DNA of 64,000 nt, taken from NCBI GenBank assembly GCA_001662655.1, contig KV460280.1; one strand, given 5' to 3'. A model generated the notes under the pieces. That model worked only from the letters and a program-made list of their open reading frames with translations, made no database searches and was not told the origin of the DNA. Below, one piece after another: positions 26,615-38,534 of this stretch (positions are counted from its first letter, which is position 1; each line of letters starts with the position of its first letter). The stretch is from Pseudogymnoascus verrucosus (Eukaryota). A program made the position numbers and the translations under genes.

Positions 26615-26626
26615 TGAGTCAAGCCA
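26615..26626 (-). promoter_or_regulatory. TGGCTTGACTCA, candidate bZIP site upstream of the second ADH
   Basis: Matches TGGCnTGACTCA. 14/15 identical to ATGGCATGACTCAGG. Confidence 0.68.
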
Positions 26627-26942
26627 TAATTACATCGACTTGAAGCTTTAGAGTAAAATAAGATTGGCTAAGTTTTTATGGTATTACGGTAAAGCTGGTG
26701 GTAATATGTACGGAACCCTTGTTAACACTTACCTGACTCAAATTTATTTGATTGACATATTTCTATCCCGCCCTTCTTTCTTTAACTCTCCATATGAGCC
26801 ATAGGCCCCGAAATCTACTTTCTCTTAGGCTTTATTTATACCTGACACTTTCTTGTTGTTTCATATAGTTTAATTTCTTTAACACCATAAAGTTGAAGCA
26901 CCACAAAAAGTTGAACGATTGCCCCGATAGACCAAATCCAAA

Positions 26943-28373
26943 ATGCCTCACGAAGTTGGACATAACGGCATCATGAGGGCGGCTCAGTTCAACACTGTAA
27001 GAGCCATATTTTAGAGTTCTAGCGAAAAGAATATATATACTAATAACCATGTTTTGGGCACAACAGGTCACAAAGAAAATCACCGTTAATAGGATCCCAA
27101 TCCCATCATGCAAGCCCCATGAAATTCTGATCAAAAACAAATGTGCATCACTGTGCCATTCAGATCTGGTGAGTTGATTCACTTCCATAGAACAAAGCGA
27201 TGGGGCTTACTTAAGTCTAATTATAGATGCTCTTTTGGGATAGCACTGCTGAGCCTGCGACAACCGAAGATGTCACGATTGGCCACGAGAATACTGGCGT
27301 CGTAGTGGAAGTGGGCAGCAAGACAACGGGCTTCAGCGTCGGGGACAAAGTTGGTTGCCTTGGCTGCAGCTACGCGTGTTGTAGGTGACTCTATGTATAA
27401 GTGCACACGATAGTTACTCGAACTGACGACTGCTATAGACAAATGTGAAGCATGCAAGATCCACAATCTATTGTGTCAAGAGGGAACTGGTCTTATGCAC
27501 GGCTTCAGCACTGCTGGCCATTTTGCGGACTACTCGGTCTCGGATTACCGAAATGCCATGGTCCTGCCTGATGGTATTGATATGGTTTCTGCCGCACCAC
27601 TCTTCTGCGCTGGTGTTACAGGTGATAACTACCCGAAAATATAGTTTACCACGTTTAGGACTGATTAGGTGGATAGCATACCATGCAGTCGACCAGTGTG
27701 ACCTAGAGAAGGGCCAGTGGGTTGCAGTGATCGGATGTGGAGGCCTTGGGCATCTTGGTATGTTTTCTCCACGAGTGCTTTCTAGCAAGACCACAAAAAC
27801 TGATACTCATCCGTGACAGGTATTCAGTATGCGAAGGCAATGGGCTATAGAGTGGTTGCTATTGATATCTCTGATGCTCAACTATCAAACGCACGATCTC
27901 TAGGCGCTGATCTTATTTACAACTCAATGGTTGATAGTACATACCTGGAGAAAATCAAGGAGAAGACCCAAGGAGGCTGTCACGCTGCCATCGTTTTTAG
28001 TGCTGCTTTAGCAGCATATGAGCAAGCCCCAAAATGTTTACGGTAAGCCTCCCTCTAGAGTCCAGTCCACTATACGACAATTTCTCTCGGTATCTAATGC
28101 TTCTTCTGCAGCGTCAACGGCCTCATGATGATTGTAGGCATCCCACCCAAAAACCTGTCAATTAGCGCTTTAGATATCCTCCTTGGAAGATACAGGATCA
28201 AAGGCGCGAGCAGCGGAACACCAGATAGGATGAGCGCAGCAATTTATTTCAGCCACGATAACAAAATAAACCCACATATGACGACTTTCAAAGATTTGGA
28301 CGATATCCACGAGATCGTCGATTTGATGTCGAAAGGTCAAAATGCGGGACGCTTCGCAATAGTCTGGGAATAA
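26943..28373 (+). CDS. Zn-dependent alcohol dehydrogenase (Adh1/AdhP-like), multi-exon
   Basis: Spliced LCHSD, GHENTG, CYKCEAC..C, APLFCAGVT, GCGGLG, QYAKAMG. Confidence 0.9.
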
Positions 28374-28657
28374 GTCGTCGAATTTACAGCGTGGGAATAG
28401 TTCGGTGGCTACATGGCGTATATTTGGGATGGGACCGACGCCACGCCGCGTATAGATGTAGATGCAGATACTCAAAATAAATCTACCAGACCCGTTCTTC
28501 TAGACCCATTATTCCACGCTCGCGATGCTCCTAGTAGATGAGTCCAGTAGGAGTAGGGCGCTGAGAACAAGTAAGGCTGTACATCTGTAGTTCCTGCGAT
28601 AAGTAATTGAATTTGGCCCACAGAATCCCGTGAGTGGATGCAGTCTTGGCAGAGTTA

Positions 28658-28669
28658 TGGCATGACTCA
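28658..28669 (+). promoter_or_regulatory. TGGCATGACTCA, candidate bZIP site upstream of the second SDR
   Basis: The 15-mer ATGGCATGACTCAGG is identical to the copy at 30343. Confidence 0.7.
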
Positions 28670-28838
28670 GGTCCTCCAAACCCTCGAAACCCTCGACTGC
28701 AAATACTTAGCTTCTTAACTTACGGAGCCAACGGCATTGCTAATCCCGCCCCAGAGCACATAAACTCTAGCAGGGACTGTTTGACATCTGTTTTGGCAAG
28801 AAACAATTATCGAGGGAGATGCTATTATCGAAGTAGAC

Positions 28839-29909
28839 ATGGCTCAACGTTCCTCGTCTCGTGTCTGGCTTGTGACGGGCTGCTCGTCAGGCTTTGGGAG
28901 TCTTTTGGTTCCAGCCATAATCGCGCGTGGAGATAGAGTAATTGCTACCGCCCGGAGACCCTCTGCCTTGGCAGAACTTGACCTTCACAAGAACCTAACT
29001 ACGATGGAGCTGGATATTACATCGCCGCAACCTGTACTCGACAATATTGTGCGTAGTATCATTAGCAAGTTCGGACAAATCGACGTGCTGGTCAACAATG
29101 CGGGGTATGTTGCGCCAGGAGTCTGGGAAGAGATATCGTAAGTTCCTTCGCTGATTGATTTAACGTGCCAGTTACTGTGTCGTTGAATCAAGCGCATCCT
29201 ATCAGTTTTCCATGGAATAATAAGGTCACAGCTAACCGTTGAGGCTTGAACAGCCACGAAGAAACTACCGCACAGTTTAACACAAACGTTTTCGGGGCGC
29301 TGAATCTCACTCGAGCTGTGCTACCTACGATGCGAGAGCAAAAATCGGGCACTCTTGTGTTTATGAGCAGTATTGCGGCATGGCACGGCGTAGGCGCGGG
29401 GGGGCCGTATTCCAGCTCCAAATTTGCGTTAGAAGGTGCGTAAACTCTTCCTTCGCTGACAACATAATTATTACTAACTCGTAACTATAGGTGCCGTGGA
29501 GTGTTTAGAAAAGGAGACCGTCCATCTCGGCATCGAGACATTTCTGATGGTTCTTGGGCAGTTCAGAACTGACATATTGAATGCCGCACGGAAGCAAAAT
29601 AAAAAAGACAATCCAATAGAAGACTATGAGCGAATTTCAGAAGAACTGAGACACCGCCATCAGGAGACAAGTGGTAAGCAGCCGGGCGACCCAGAGCTGG
29701 CTGTCGAGCGGATACTAGACGTTGTCAGGCGCGAAGGCCCGCTAAAGAATTTCCCGAGATTGCCATTGCGCATTCCTCTTGGTTCGGATGCAGTTCAGGT
29801 GATGCAAGCAAAGTGTGAAGAGACATTAGGCATCCTTAAGTCGCTAGGAGACATAGCAAGGAGTACTGATTACCCAGATGCTGATGACATACCTACCTAC
29901 TTAAGATAA
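28839..29909 (+). CDS. Short-chain dehydrogenase/reductase (17beta-HSD-like), 3 exons
   Basis: [19 protein letters not shown], catalytic YSSSK, QPGDP. Confidence 0.92.
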
Positions 29910-30343
29910 TATACTTTTTAAGCAAGGAGATCCGTCGTTTGTAGCTTAATTTTCTAGAAGGGCAAAGCGGTTGCTTTTTTACATGTAACAAACCTAAGCG
30001 CCTTGAGAATTACTAGATAAAAAAATACAGAGCATGATCTCATTTGACTTTAGTGTTCGAGTTGTCTGATACTACCACAACGAAACACCAAGTAGTTACT
30101 TTTGTGTGCTTGTGCGCGTGAAGAAATCCTTTTAGAACTTCCCTGGGCCTACCCGAAAGATCGTCAAACTAAACACCCTGGAACTACTTGCTTCCATGCA
30201 CGGGAATTGGATTAATAGTGCTGACAAATAGGTGAGCAGAGTAATCTTTGACGATGCTACATGTGCATAAAATGCAACAGGGGTTTATTTGACCACCTGC
30301 TCAATTAGAGTGATTTGCGCTTTAGCTAATAAGAGTAAGCAAA

Positions 30344-30355
30344 TGGCATGACTCA
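30344..30355 (+). promoter_or_regulatory. TGGCATGACTCA, candidate bZIP site upstream of ALDH
   Basis: The 15-mer is identical to the copy at 28657. Confidence 0.7.
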
Positions 30356-30493
30356 GGCTACTAAAGCTAGGAATTTTAGAAGCAAGTCTATGATTTAAAA
30401 GAACTAAATACTAGGCCATATGCTGTAGAATCTTAATTACAATAACCCATTTTAATCGTTCTTACTACATTTCAAATTAGTAAATTTGTTACG

Positions 30494-32268
30494 ATGCTAT
30501 TAACAGTGCCCCAAGACAAACAGAAAATTATCACCCAGTTGTTTATTAACAACGAATATGTTAACTGCCAAAATCCACAAAAGTAAGTTTTGATTAAAAT
30601 GACAGTTCTGATACACTGCTCACCTTTTTACAGAATATCGGTTTATAATCCCATCACTGAAGAGCTTGTCAGCGATCAGATTCCCGTGGCTGGAGAGCAT
30701 GATGTGGATGCTGCTGTCGCAGCGGGAAATGCTGCATTTGTAAAATGGCGGGCTTGGCGGGGGACGGCGCGACGACAACTGTTGCTGAAGTTTGCCGACC
30801 TGCTCGAACGCGATCAGGAAGAATTGGGCTTTCTGACCAGACTCACTCTCGGAGCCCCATACTTGGCATTTGGCCAAGGGGAGATACAAACTGCTGTTGA
30901 AAACTTCAGATGTAAGTCATGGCAGATCCGCTTGGAGAATGGCGTCGCTGACTGTAATTTACAAGACTTTGCTGGTTGGATTGATAAATTCGCTGGTGAA
31001 TCTTTCCCTCAAGATGATGGGTTCTACAAGGTTGTGCGCAATGAGCCGCTGGGAGTTGTGGCAGGGTGAGAATTGTTTGCCTCGGCTCCAAACAGCAGTG
31101 AACTAATTAGGGGCCTAGAATTATTCCCTGGAATGGTCCACTTGCGTCAGTTGGACTGAAAGCTGCACCAGCACTAGCCACTGGCAATGTTTTTATCCTG
31201 AAGCCTAGCGAGAAGACTCCGTTAATGGCAGCAGCCCTAGGAAAGTTAATCATCGAAGCAGGATTTCCACCTGGAGTGTTTCAAGTTCTCAGTGGTGATG
31301 GAAGTACAGGAGCACTTCTTGCCAGTCACATGAATGTGGCTAAAGTCAGCTTTACGGGAAGTGTCCAGACAGGCAAGACTGTTCAGATCCTGGCAGCACA
31401 AAGTAATCTGAAGAGAGTTACTCTAGAGCTGGGTGGGAAGAGTCCGGCTGTCATATTTGATGATGCTAACTTGGAAAATGCGACTGAATGGTGGGTACTT
31501 TGTCTTTGTTTTGGCTTCTTCAAGAGATTTTTCAAGAACCTTCGTAATTAGCTTCGATGGTCGTGGTCTAACACCCGAACAGGTGCGTCAACACCATGAC
31601 TGTCAACTCGGGACAAATCTGCTTTGCTCCGTCACGAGTTTACTGTCAGGCCGGAATTTATGACCGTTTTTTGGAGCTCTATGGAAAAAAATTTACTGCC
31701 AAGAAGATGGGTGATCCGGAGGACAAGGACACAAGCCTCGGTCCTGTGATCGACAAGGCTCAATATGATCGCATAGTATCCATGATTACCACAGCAGAAA
31801 GTGAAAAACAGGGCACACTGCTGCAAGGTGGTCGAGGCACCACAGGCAAGGTACATAACTTCAATGTGTCCTGTCATGACAGCGAGTGTTGCTAACAAGG
31901 ACAAGGGATTTTTCATCCAGCCTGCTATATTCGTGGACACGAAGGAAAATGCCACCATCTACAAAGATGAAATATTTGGACCAGTCGTGGTCATCAACCG
32001 CTTCGAAACAGAAGAAGAGGTTGTCGCCAAGTCGAACAACAGCAAATACGGATTAATGGCTGGTGTCTTTACTCAAGACATCAATCGGGCCCTCCGAGTG
32101 AGTTCTGCATTTGACTCAGGCGTCGTTGGCATAAACTGTATCAGCACCATTAACATCTCTTGCCCGTTTGGTGGAACCAAGGAGAGTGGAATAGGCCGCG
32201 AACAAGGCTCAGCTGCCCTGCGCTGTTACACTGAGCCTAAAACGGTTTTAATCAACTTGGCGTATTAA
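30494..32268 (+). CDS. NAD-dependent aldehyde dehydrogenase, multi-exon
   Basis: LFINNEY, IPWN, KPSEKTP, FTGS, LELGGKSP, GQIC (catalytic Cys), EIFGPV, PFGGTKESG. Confidence 0.94.
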
Positions 32269-32608
32269 AATAGATACCTCCAACTCATCACATAATGTCT
32301 GGGATATTTTAGATTCGTCTCATTTTTTCTGTATTAGCTTAGCATTATGGTAGCATTGGAAATAAGTTACTACCTTACATGTAACCTGCTCGTGCTAAAA
32401 TGGTTTGGCACGCCGCGCTAGAGTGTGTACAAATAGGCAGTTTGGGAGGTCTCCTCAAATCCCAATTGCCTCATTATGCAAGTTTGCTGCGACTTTCCAT
32501 CAGCATGTCCTTACGTACCCTGGAAATCCTAGATAGTGTTAGTGTCGTTAGTGCATGGGTTATGAAGGCGAGTGATGAAGGTTTCCTCTTTTTCTGTCTG
32601 TACATTGC

Positions 32609-32622
32609 CATTACTCATGCCT
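32609..32622 (-). promoter_or_regulatory. AGGCATGAGTAATG, Yap-type variant site upstream of the DUF1446 gene
   Basis: Identical 14-mer at 38102-38115. Contains the Yap1-type core TTACTCA. Confidence 0.62.
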
Positions 32623-33120
32623 AGTTTCCAAGCCAGGCGCACGGCCCACGTGGTCTATGCAACCCCTATGCCGATCTCCGCTTCACCAATTAATGCCATT
32701 AGGCACCTCAAAAAATCTGCCTCAACAATATGCCGAAGGCCGTTTGTCCACGCAGAGTGCATGGTCCAGCTTAAAACCTAATGCCAGGAGCACCAATCCC
32801 GTTGCCTTCCCACCATGGAAATTTAATCCCTACCGCCCTTCTAGGCATCATCATATGCGACTTGAGCGGCCTGGACCTGCACTTCCGCGGGGTATGGAAG
32901 ACTGGCGCCCTGGCACAACTGATTCAATACATACCAGTGCTAGAAAGCATGACCGCCACTCTCAAGGTTGGAGAAGCGGGATTGCAGTATGGAGGAAATG
33001 TGTTTGGAACGGCACCGGTCGGATTTTGCCCATCATATAATGCTCATTCCCCCCATATATTTGTCTCAATCCTGTAAATCGCACCCGACTTTCATAATAG
33101 TCCCATAAGTCTTCTACATT

Positions 33121-35150
33121 ATGCCTGCTATAAATCGAGAAGTTCTTCGCATTGCCTCTGCTTCTGGTTCTGTGACGGACCGCAGAGGCGGATTTGCCGA
33201 TCTTGCCCGCCACGAAGATGTCGACTTCATTGTCGGCGATTGGATGTCCGAGTATAACATGACCACGCGAGGGGGCTCAAAAGTCAACAATAACTCCTTA
33301 AGCTCTGAATTCGAGGAGTGCTTTCTCGAATCCATCGAACCAGCCCTTGCTGCATTGGTTGCTAACAAGATCAAGGTTGCGGTCAATGCTGGAGCTAGTG
33401 ATACTGAGAAGCTATACCATGCGCTGTCAGAAATGGTCAAGAATAAAGGCTTGGATCTAAAGATTGCGTGGGTGGGTGGTGATGAAGTGATAGATGTTGT
33501 GCAGGAGGCCATAAAATCGGGAGAGTCATTTCGAAGCCTTACTACTGGTGAGTATTGTTCCTCACCGGATCGACAACGCGCGACTAATTTCTTCTACAAG
33601 GCAAGAATATTTCTGAATGGGGACACGAACCGATGTACGCTCAATGCTACTTAGGATGTTGGGGTATAGTAGAGGCTTTCAATGCAGGAGCCGATATCGT
33701 ACTGTGCGGCCGAGTTGCAGATGCTTCTCCAAGTATTGCCTGCGCTGCCTATACCTATAAGTGGCAGAGGGAGGACCTCAGCCAGCTTGCACATGTGTTT
33801 GTAGCAGGCCACTTCTTAGAGTGTTCAACCTACGTCACCGGAGGCAACTTTTCTGGGTTTAAGAGCCTGCCGGGCAAGTCATTAAGTCTCAGCTTCCCCA
33901 TACTCGAGATCGAGTCTGATGGAACCTTCATCGTTACTAAGCAGTCAGGTCGTGACGGCATGGTTACTATCGATACCTGCAAAGCACAGCTCTTATACGA
34001 AATACAAGGACCTTATTACTACAATTCAGACGTAGTTGCAGATCTAACGAACATAAAAATCGAATCTGTGGGTCAGGATAGAGTGTGAGTCGAGTACAAG
34101 CTCCAAAATATGAATATCTATGTCTAATACCTTGTATAGGAAGGTGAGCAACGTTGGCTTCACAAAGCCACCTCCGACGACCAAGGTTGGTATCACGGCG
34201 AAAGGGGGCTTTCAAGCCGAAGTGCATTACTTTGCCTGTGGACTTGATATCGAGGAGAAAGCAGCACTCCTTGAGCGACAGGTTCGAAGTACCTTGGATG
34301 TTTCCCGCTATCACACTCTTAAATTCCGCATAAACGGTTCATGCCCGTCTAATCCGTCGAACCAAGACGCCGCAACCGTCGACTTCAGGATTTTCGCGCA
34401 GGCGAAAGAAGAAAGCGCACTCTCAGTGTCAAACTTTCTCCGCCCCTGTACAGACGTGATCATGCAGAGCTATCCAGGGGCGACCTTTGCTGTCGACGCC
34501 CGTCAAGCTTTGCCAAAGCCATACTATGAATACTGGGTTGCCTTGCTTCCACAGAGTAGCGTGAAGCATGAGGTGCATCTCCCCTTCACCGAAAAGACGA
34601 TCGCGGTAGCGCCACCCACCGACACCGCAGAGTTTCTATACGCGCAACCGACGTATGAAACGCCGAACCCGGTAGCTATGGGCTCGTGGGGACCAACTAC
34701 TGTTGCACCGATAGGCTACGTCGTGCACGCAAGGTCGGGTGACAAAGGTTCAGATGCTAATGTGGGCTTCTTCGTTCGGAACACCGACGAGTGGGACTGG
34801 TTACGTTCGATACTCACCATCCAACAAGTGCAGAAGATGTTGGACGACGACTTCGAAGGAAGTCCCATTATGCGGTTTGAGCTTCCTAACATTCAAGGTT
34901 CGTGGTGCTGCCTCACCCAAACTCCTAGCCATGACTGACTTTGGTCATTCTTAATTACGTATGTCTTTTATACGAACGGTCCTGCTAACTCTTGTATGCT
35001 GTAGCCGTGCATTTCCTACTCAAGGACCACTTGGACCGCGGAGTGTCCTCGAGCTCCACATACGACGTGCTAGGCAAGAACGTGGCAGAGTATTTGCGCT
35101 GCAAGCATGTCGAGATCCCGAATAAATTCTTAGAGAGAGGGCGTATTTGA
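33121..35150 (+). CDS. DUF1446 / acyclic terpene utilisation AtuA-family protein
   Basis: LRIASASGSVTDR, GDWMSE, CGRVADAS, GHFLECSTYVTGGNF, AQLLYEIQGP, ARSGDKGSDANVG. Ends GRI*. Confidence 0.9.
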
Positions 35151-35866
35151 TAACTGGCATTTAGAGGAAGCGTGGGTAGGGCGGGCTGTTGAACTAAGAC
35201 GGCCGAAGAGTGGCTGTCTGTGTGTGATGTGCCGTTATGTAGAACGATGAGAATGTATCACAATGAAGCATTTTTGTTGTTTTTGTGTCCTTCTTAGGGG
35301 AAGGGAGGAGAGTCATGTTGCCACCGAGAATGTATCGCAATGATAGTGAGGCACTTAATGGTCAACCCGCTAGATAAATTATCGATAATTGCGAGATTTG
35401 ATATCCTAGCGTATATCAAAGCGTACGGGGAATACCAATGTTACAAGTGCAAAATATGATAGGATACGCCTATAATTGCGCATCTTCAGTGGTTAATCAT
35501 CCGATCCGACGATTGCCAAGACAGCTACATGAACCCCGCACTAACCCCGCACACTAGTGCCTCTCGATTCCTTGTCCTGTCCCTTCCCTAGATTGAAGAT
35601 CAACATAGCTTTGAAATGCTGCAGTGTGTAGACCTCGAAGGTGCGACCTGATGGTATACAATACAATACAACCCTCCATGATCGTCTGCTGTTTCCGAAA
35701 CAGCCACGAAAACAGAACACGGCTTTGATAACCGTCATTCACCACTCGTCGGCGCTGTATTTCTCTACTGCCCAAGTTCATTAGCAAGGGCCGAGGTCGT
35801 TCCATGACCTGTGGGCGCTCATCGTACGAAACACATAGATCACATATCTCATACAAATAACAGCAC

Positions 35867-37847
35867 ATGGATCCTAATATGCACAGTGGCAATGGCCATC
35901 GTTCTGATCCTTCCCCTTCCACATCTGTTTCTCTTGCTACTACGTCCAAGCGGCGCGTCAGGACTGTCTCTAGCCTCACACAGGAGCAGGTTCGCAAGAA
36001 GCGCGACAATGACCGCGAGGCTCAGCGCGCATTCCGAGAGCGCACCAAGATGCGCATCCACGTGCTAGAAGACGAACTTGCGGCGCTTAAGGCAGAGCGT
36101 CGAGAGCTCGAGGGGTCCAAGGCGAGCGAGCTCCAAGTCTTGATTGACGACAACAGGGCTCTCAGGAGTCAGATGCAGAGGCTCACGCAACTTGCTCGCC
36201 CTCTGATGTTGTTGCTGGCTTCCAAGCCTGACGACGCCGCGGATGGGGTGGATCATGTCTTGCAACCCTCTCCAGCTGGCGACAATCCGACGGGAAATTC
36301 TAGCGCCACCCATGCCGTGACCGATGGTCTCGTCGATGCGACCAAAGCCTGGCCATCACCTAGTACGCAATCAAATATGCAGTGCGCAGCAAAAGAAATC
36401 GAAGGCACACGGCCACATCCTTCCCAATGTTCATCGCAATATAACGCAATAATGACACCGACGTCAAATGTCGTTCGAGAACATCAACAGCAAGGATGGT
36501 TTCGAGTTAGAAACAATGATCATGAACGACACGCTATGGGGAACATTGCCCAGGATGTAGATATGGGCGTTGAGAATCAAGCCGCTGCCCAAACTTGCGC
36601 ATATACGGAATCAATGCCACAAAGTGCTGGGTTTTCACCATCCGGCAATGATTACGTAGCTCAAGACGACCGATCATTCACGTCAACGACACGCCAGCCA
36701 CAAGAGGACACACGCTACGGTATTGCGACGACAGATGGATCTCATGACCCTCATATCACTTACTATAATGGGTTCAATAGTAGGCAGCCTATAGCAAACC
36801 GAGATGCGGACTGTACGTCAAGCAACACAAGTCTAGTTCATGCTTTAAGTTCCCAACACTCAATCTCCCCTGGATATCGAGATGCTGAGAGCGGTAACTA
36901 TCCACTGTACCTATTCAAGTAGATATAACATTAACGACTTCTATTTAGTTGCAGATGATTATCTCGATGGAGTGATGACAAATATGTCCTCGTCAAAAAA
37001 CCATGCTGCTCCTCAAGGTCCAACGGTGTCTAGTAACTCAACAATCCCGCCGTTCACTTGGGCGCATCCTGAACCAAACAAAAATATTACAATGTCTACT
37101 ATACTTCCGAAGCATATGGAGGCTACGTGTCCACTTGATCAGATTCTCCTGGATTTTCTAACTTCCCGGAGGCTTCTTGCAGCCCAAGGAACACCAGCAT
37201 CTGTATTAGTTGGACCTCTAAACCCGTCGATAACGGGCCTAGTAAACCCAAGTTTCAAGGGCTCGGCTCACGCTGCAATTCGAGTGATGGCAGACGTTGT
37301 CTCTACATTCAAGGATACCAAGCTTCAGGAGCAGTTAGGATTCTTTTATATCATGTACTCTACTATGCGGGTGAGTCCAGGCCCCTTCCTTCCATTCTTG
37401 GATGAAGTATCTCATATGGCTCTTGCGTAGTGGCAAATCGCCCCTACAGATGAAACATTCGAAAGCCTCCCATTATGGCTACGCCCAACTATTTTCCAGG
37501 TCATAGTTCCACATGCAGCCTGGATAGACAATATACCTTGGTAACTACGCTCAGCAGGATCGTTAAGCCGTGTCTCATTATTTTTTAGGCCCCGGATTCG
37601 AGATCTTCTGATACAAAATCCAACAAAGTACACCTTCCGCGATTTCTCGGAACTATATGCCAGCAACGTAAACCTGAACTGGCCATTTGATGCAGCAGAC
37701 GCAGTAATGCCAAAGACAGACAGTAGTGGCGAACTCATGATGAATCCATTATTTGAAAAACACATACGAAAACTAGAGTGCTGGTCCGTCAGCGAGCCGT
37801 TCAAAGAGCGGTTTCCTGAATTTGCTGCAGCCATCGAGGATAAGTAG
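35867..37847 (+). CDS. bZIP transcription factor with C-terminal DUF3425-like domain
   Basis: Basic region RKKRDNDREAQRAFRERTK plus Leu heptads. C-terminal TCPLDQIL, LPLWLRPT..Q..VPHAAWIDNIPWP. Confidence 0.87.
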
Positions 37848-38101
37848 GATCTCACAATTAGCTTGTGGAGGCACGACCCCAAATACAGCGCAAACCGTTG
37901 GTCCCGAGTCCTTACATGATGTAGTTTTAGACACTGCTAGCTTAGTTTTCAAACACAGTATAACACCTGGATTAAATCGAGGTTGGGATTTGGCCGACAG
38001 CCCTTTCTTTACATGGCACTTATCAAGTTAGATCGCACACGATTAGCCTGAAATTCATTCTCACAGCGAATAAATCGGGTTTACGACCTTGTCGAATATT
38101 G

Positions 38102-38115
38102 AGGCATGAGTAATG
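38102..38115 (+). promoter_or_regulatory. AGGCATGAGTAATG, Yap-type variant site upstream of OYE
   Basis: Identical to 32609-32622 on the reverse strand. A second CATGAGTAATG lies near 38366. Confidence 0.62.
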
Positions 38116-38534
38116 ACATTCCACCGTGCCGCCATCCACAGTGCGGGGTAGGCTAGGATTAAATCGGGCAGTAGCCGGCCAGTGACGTATGTGTAAAAGA
38201 TAAGCTTTTAAGAGTGCTCAGCTTTCAATGAGAGACGGTGTACAAATATTAGCCCCTAACGAAATGTCAGGGGAAACGGCTCGGTTGATAATCGTCGTGA
38301 CCAACTTTTCGCTTCGCGAGCCGGTCAGGACGATTATCCTTTGCTTACAAATTCAATCCACACGCCATGAGTAATGATAAAAGAAAAGAATTAGGGTAGT
38401 TGATAATGATTATTAATGAACATTGAAGTAATCTCAAGCCCCCTTCGATAAAGAGATGTCGACGAGTACGAGCACTTACCTTCTTTAAAAAGGACGTCCT
38501 GGCAAAAGGGTTATCGACATTCCACATCGCCGCC

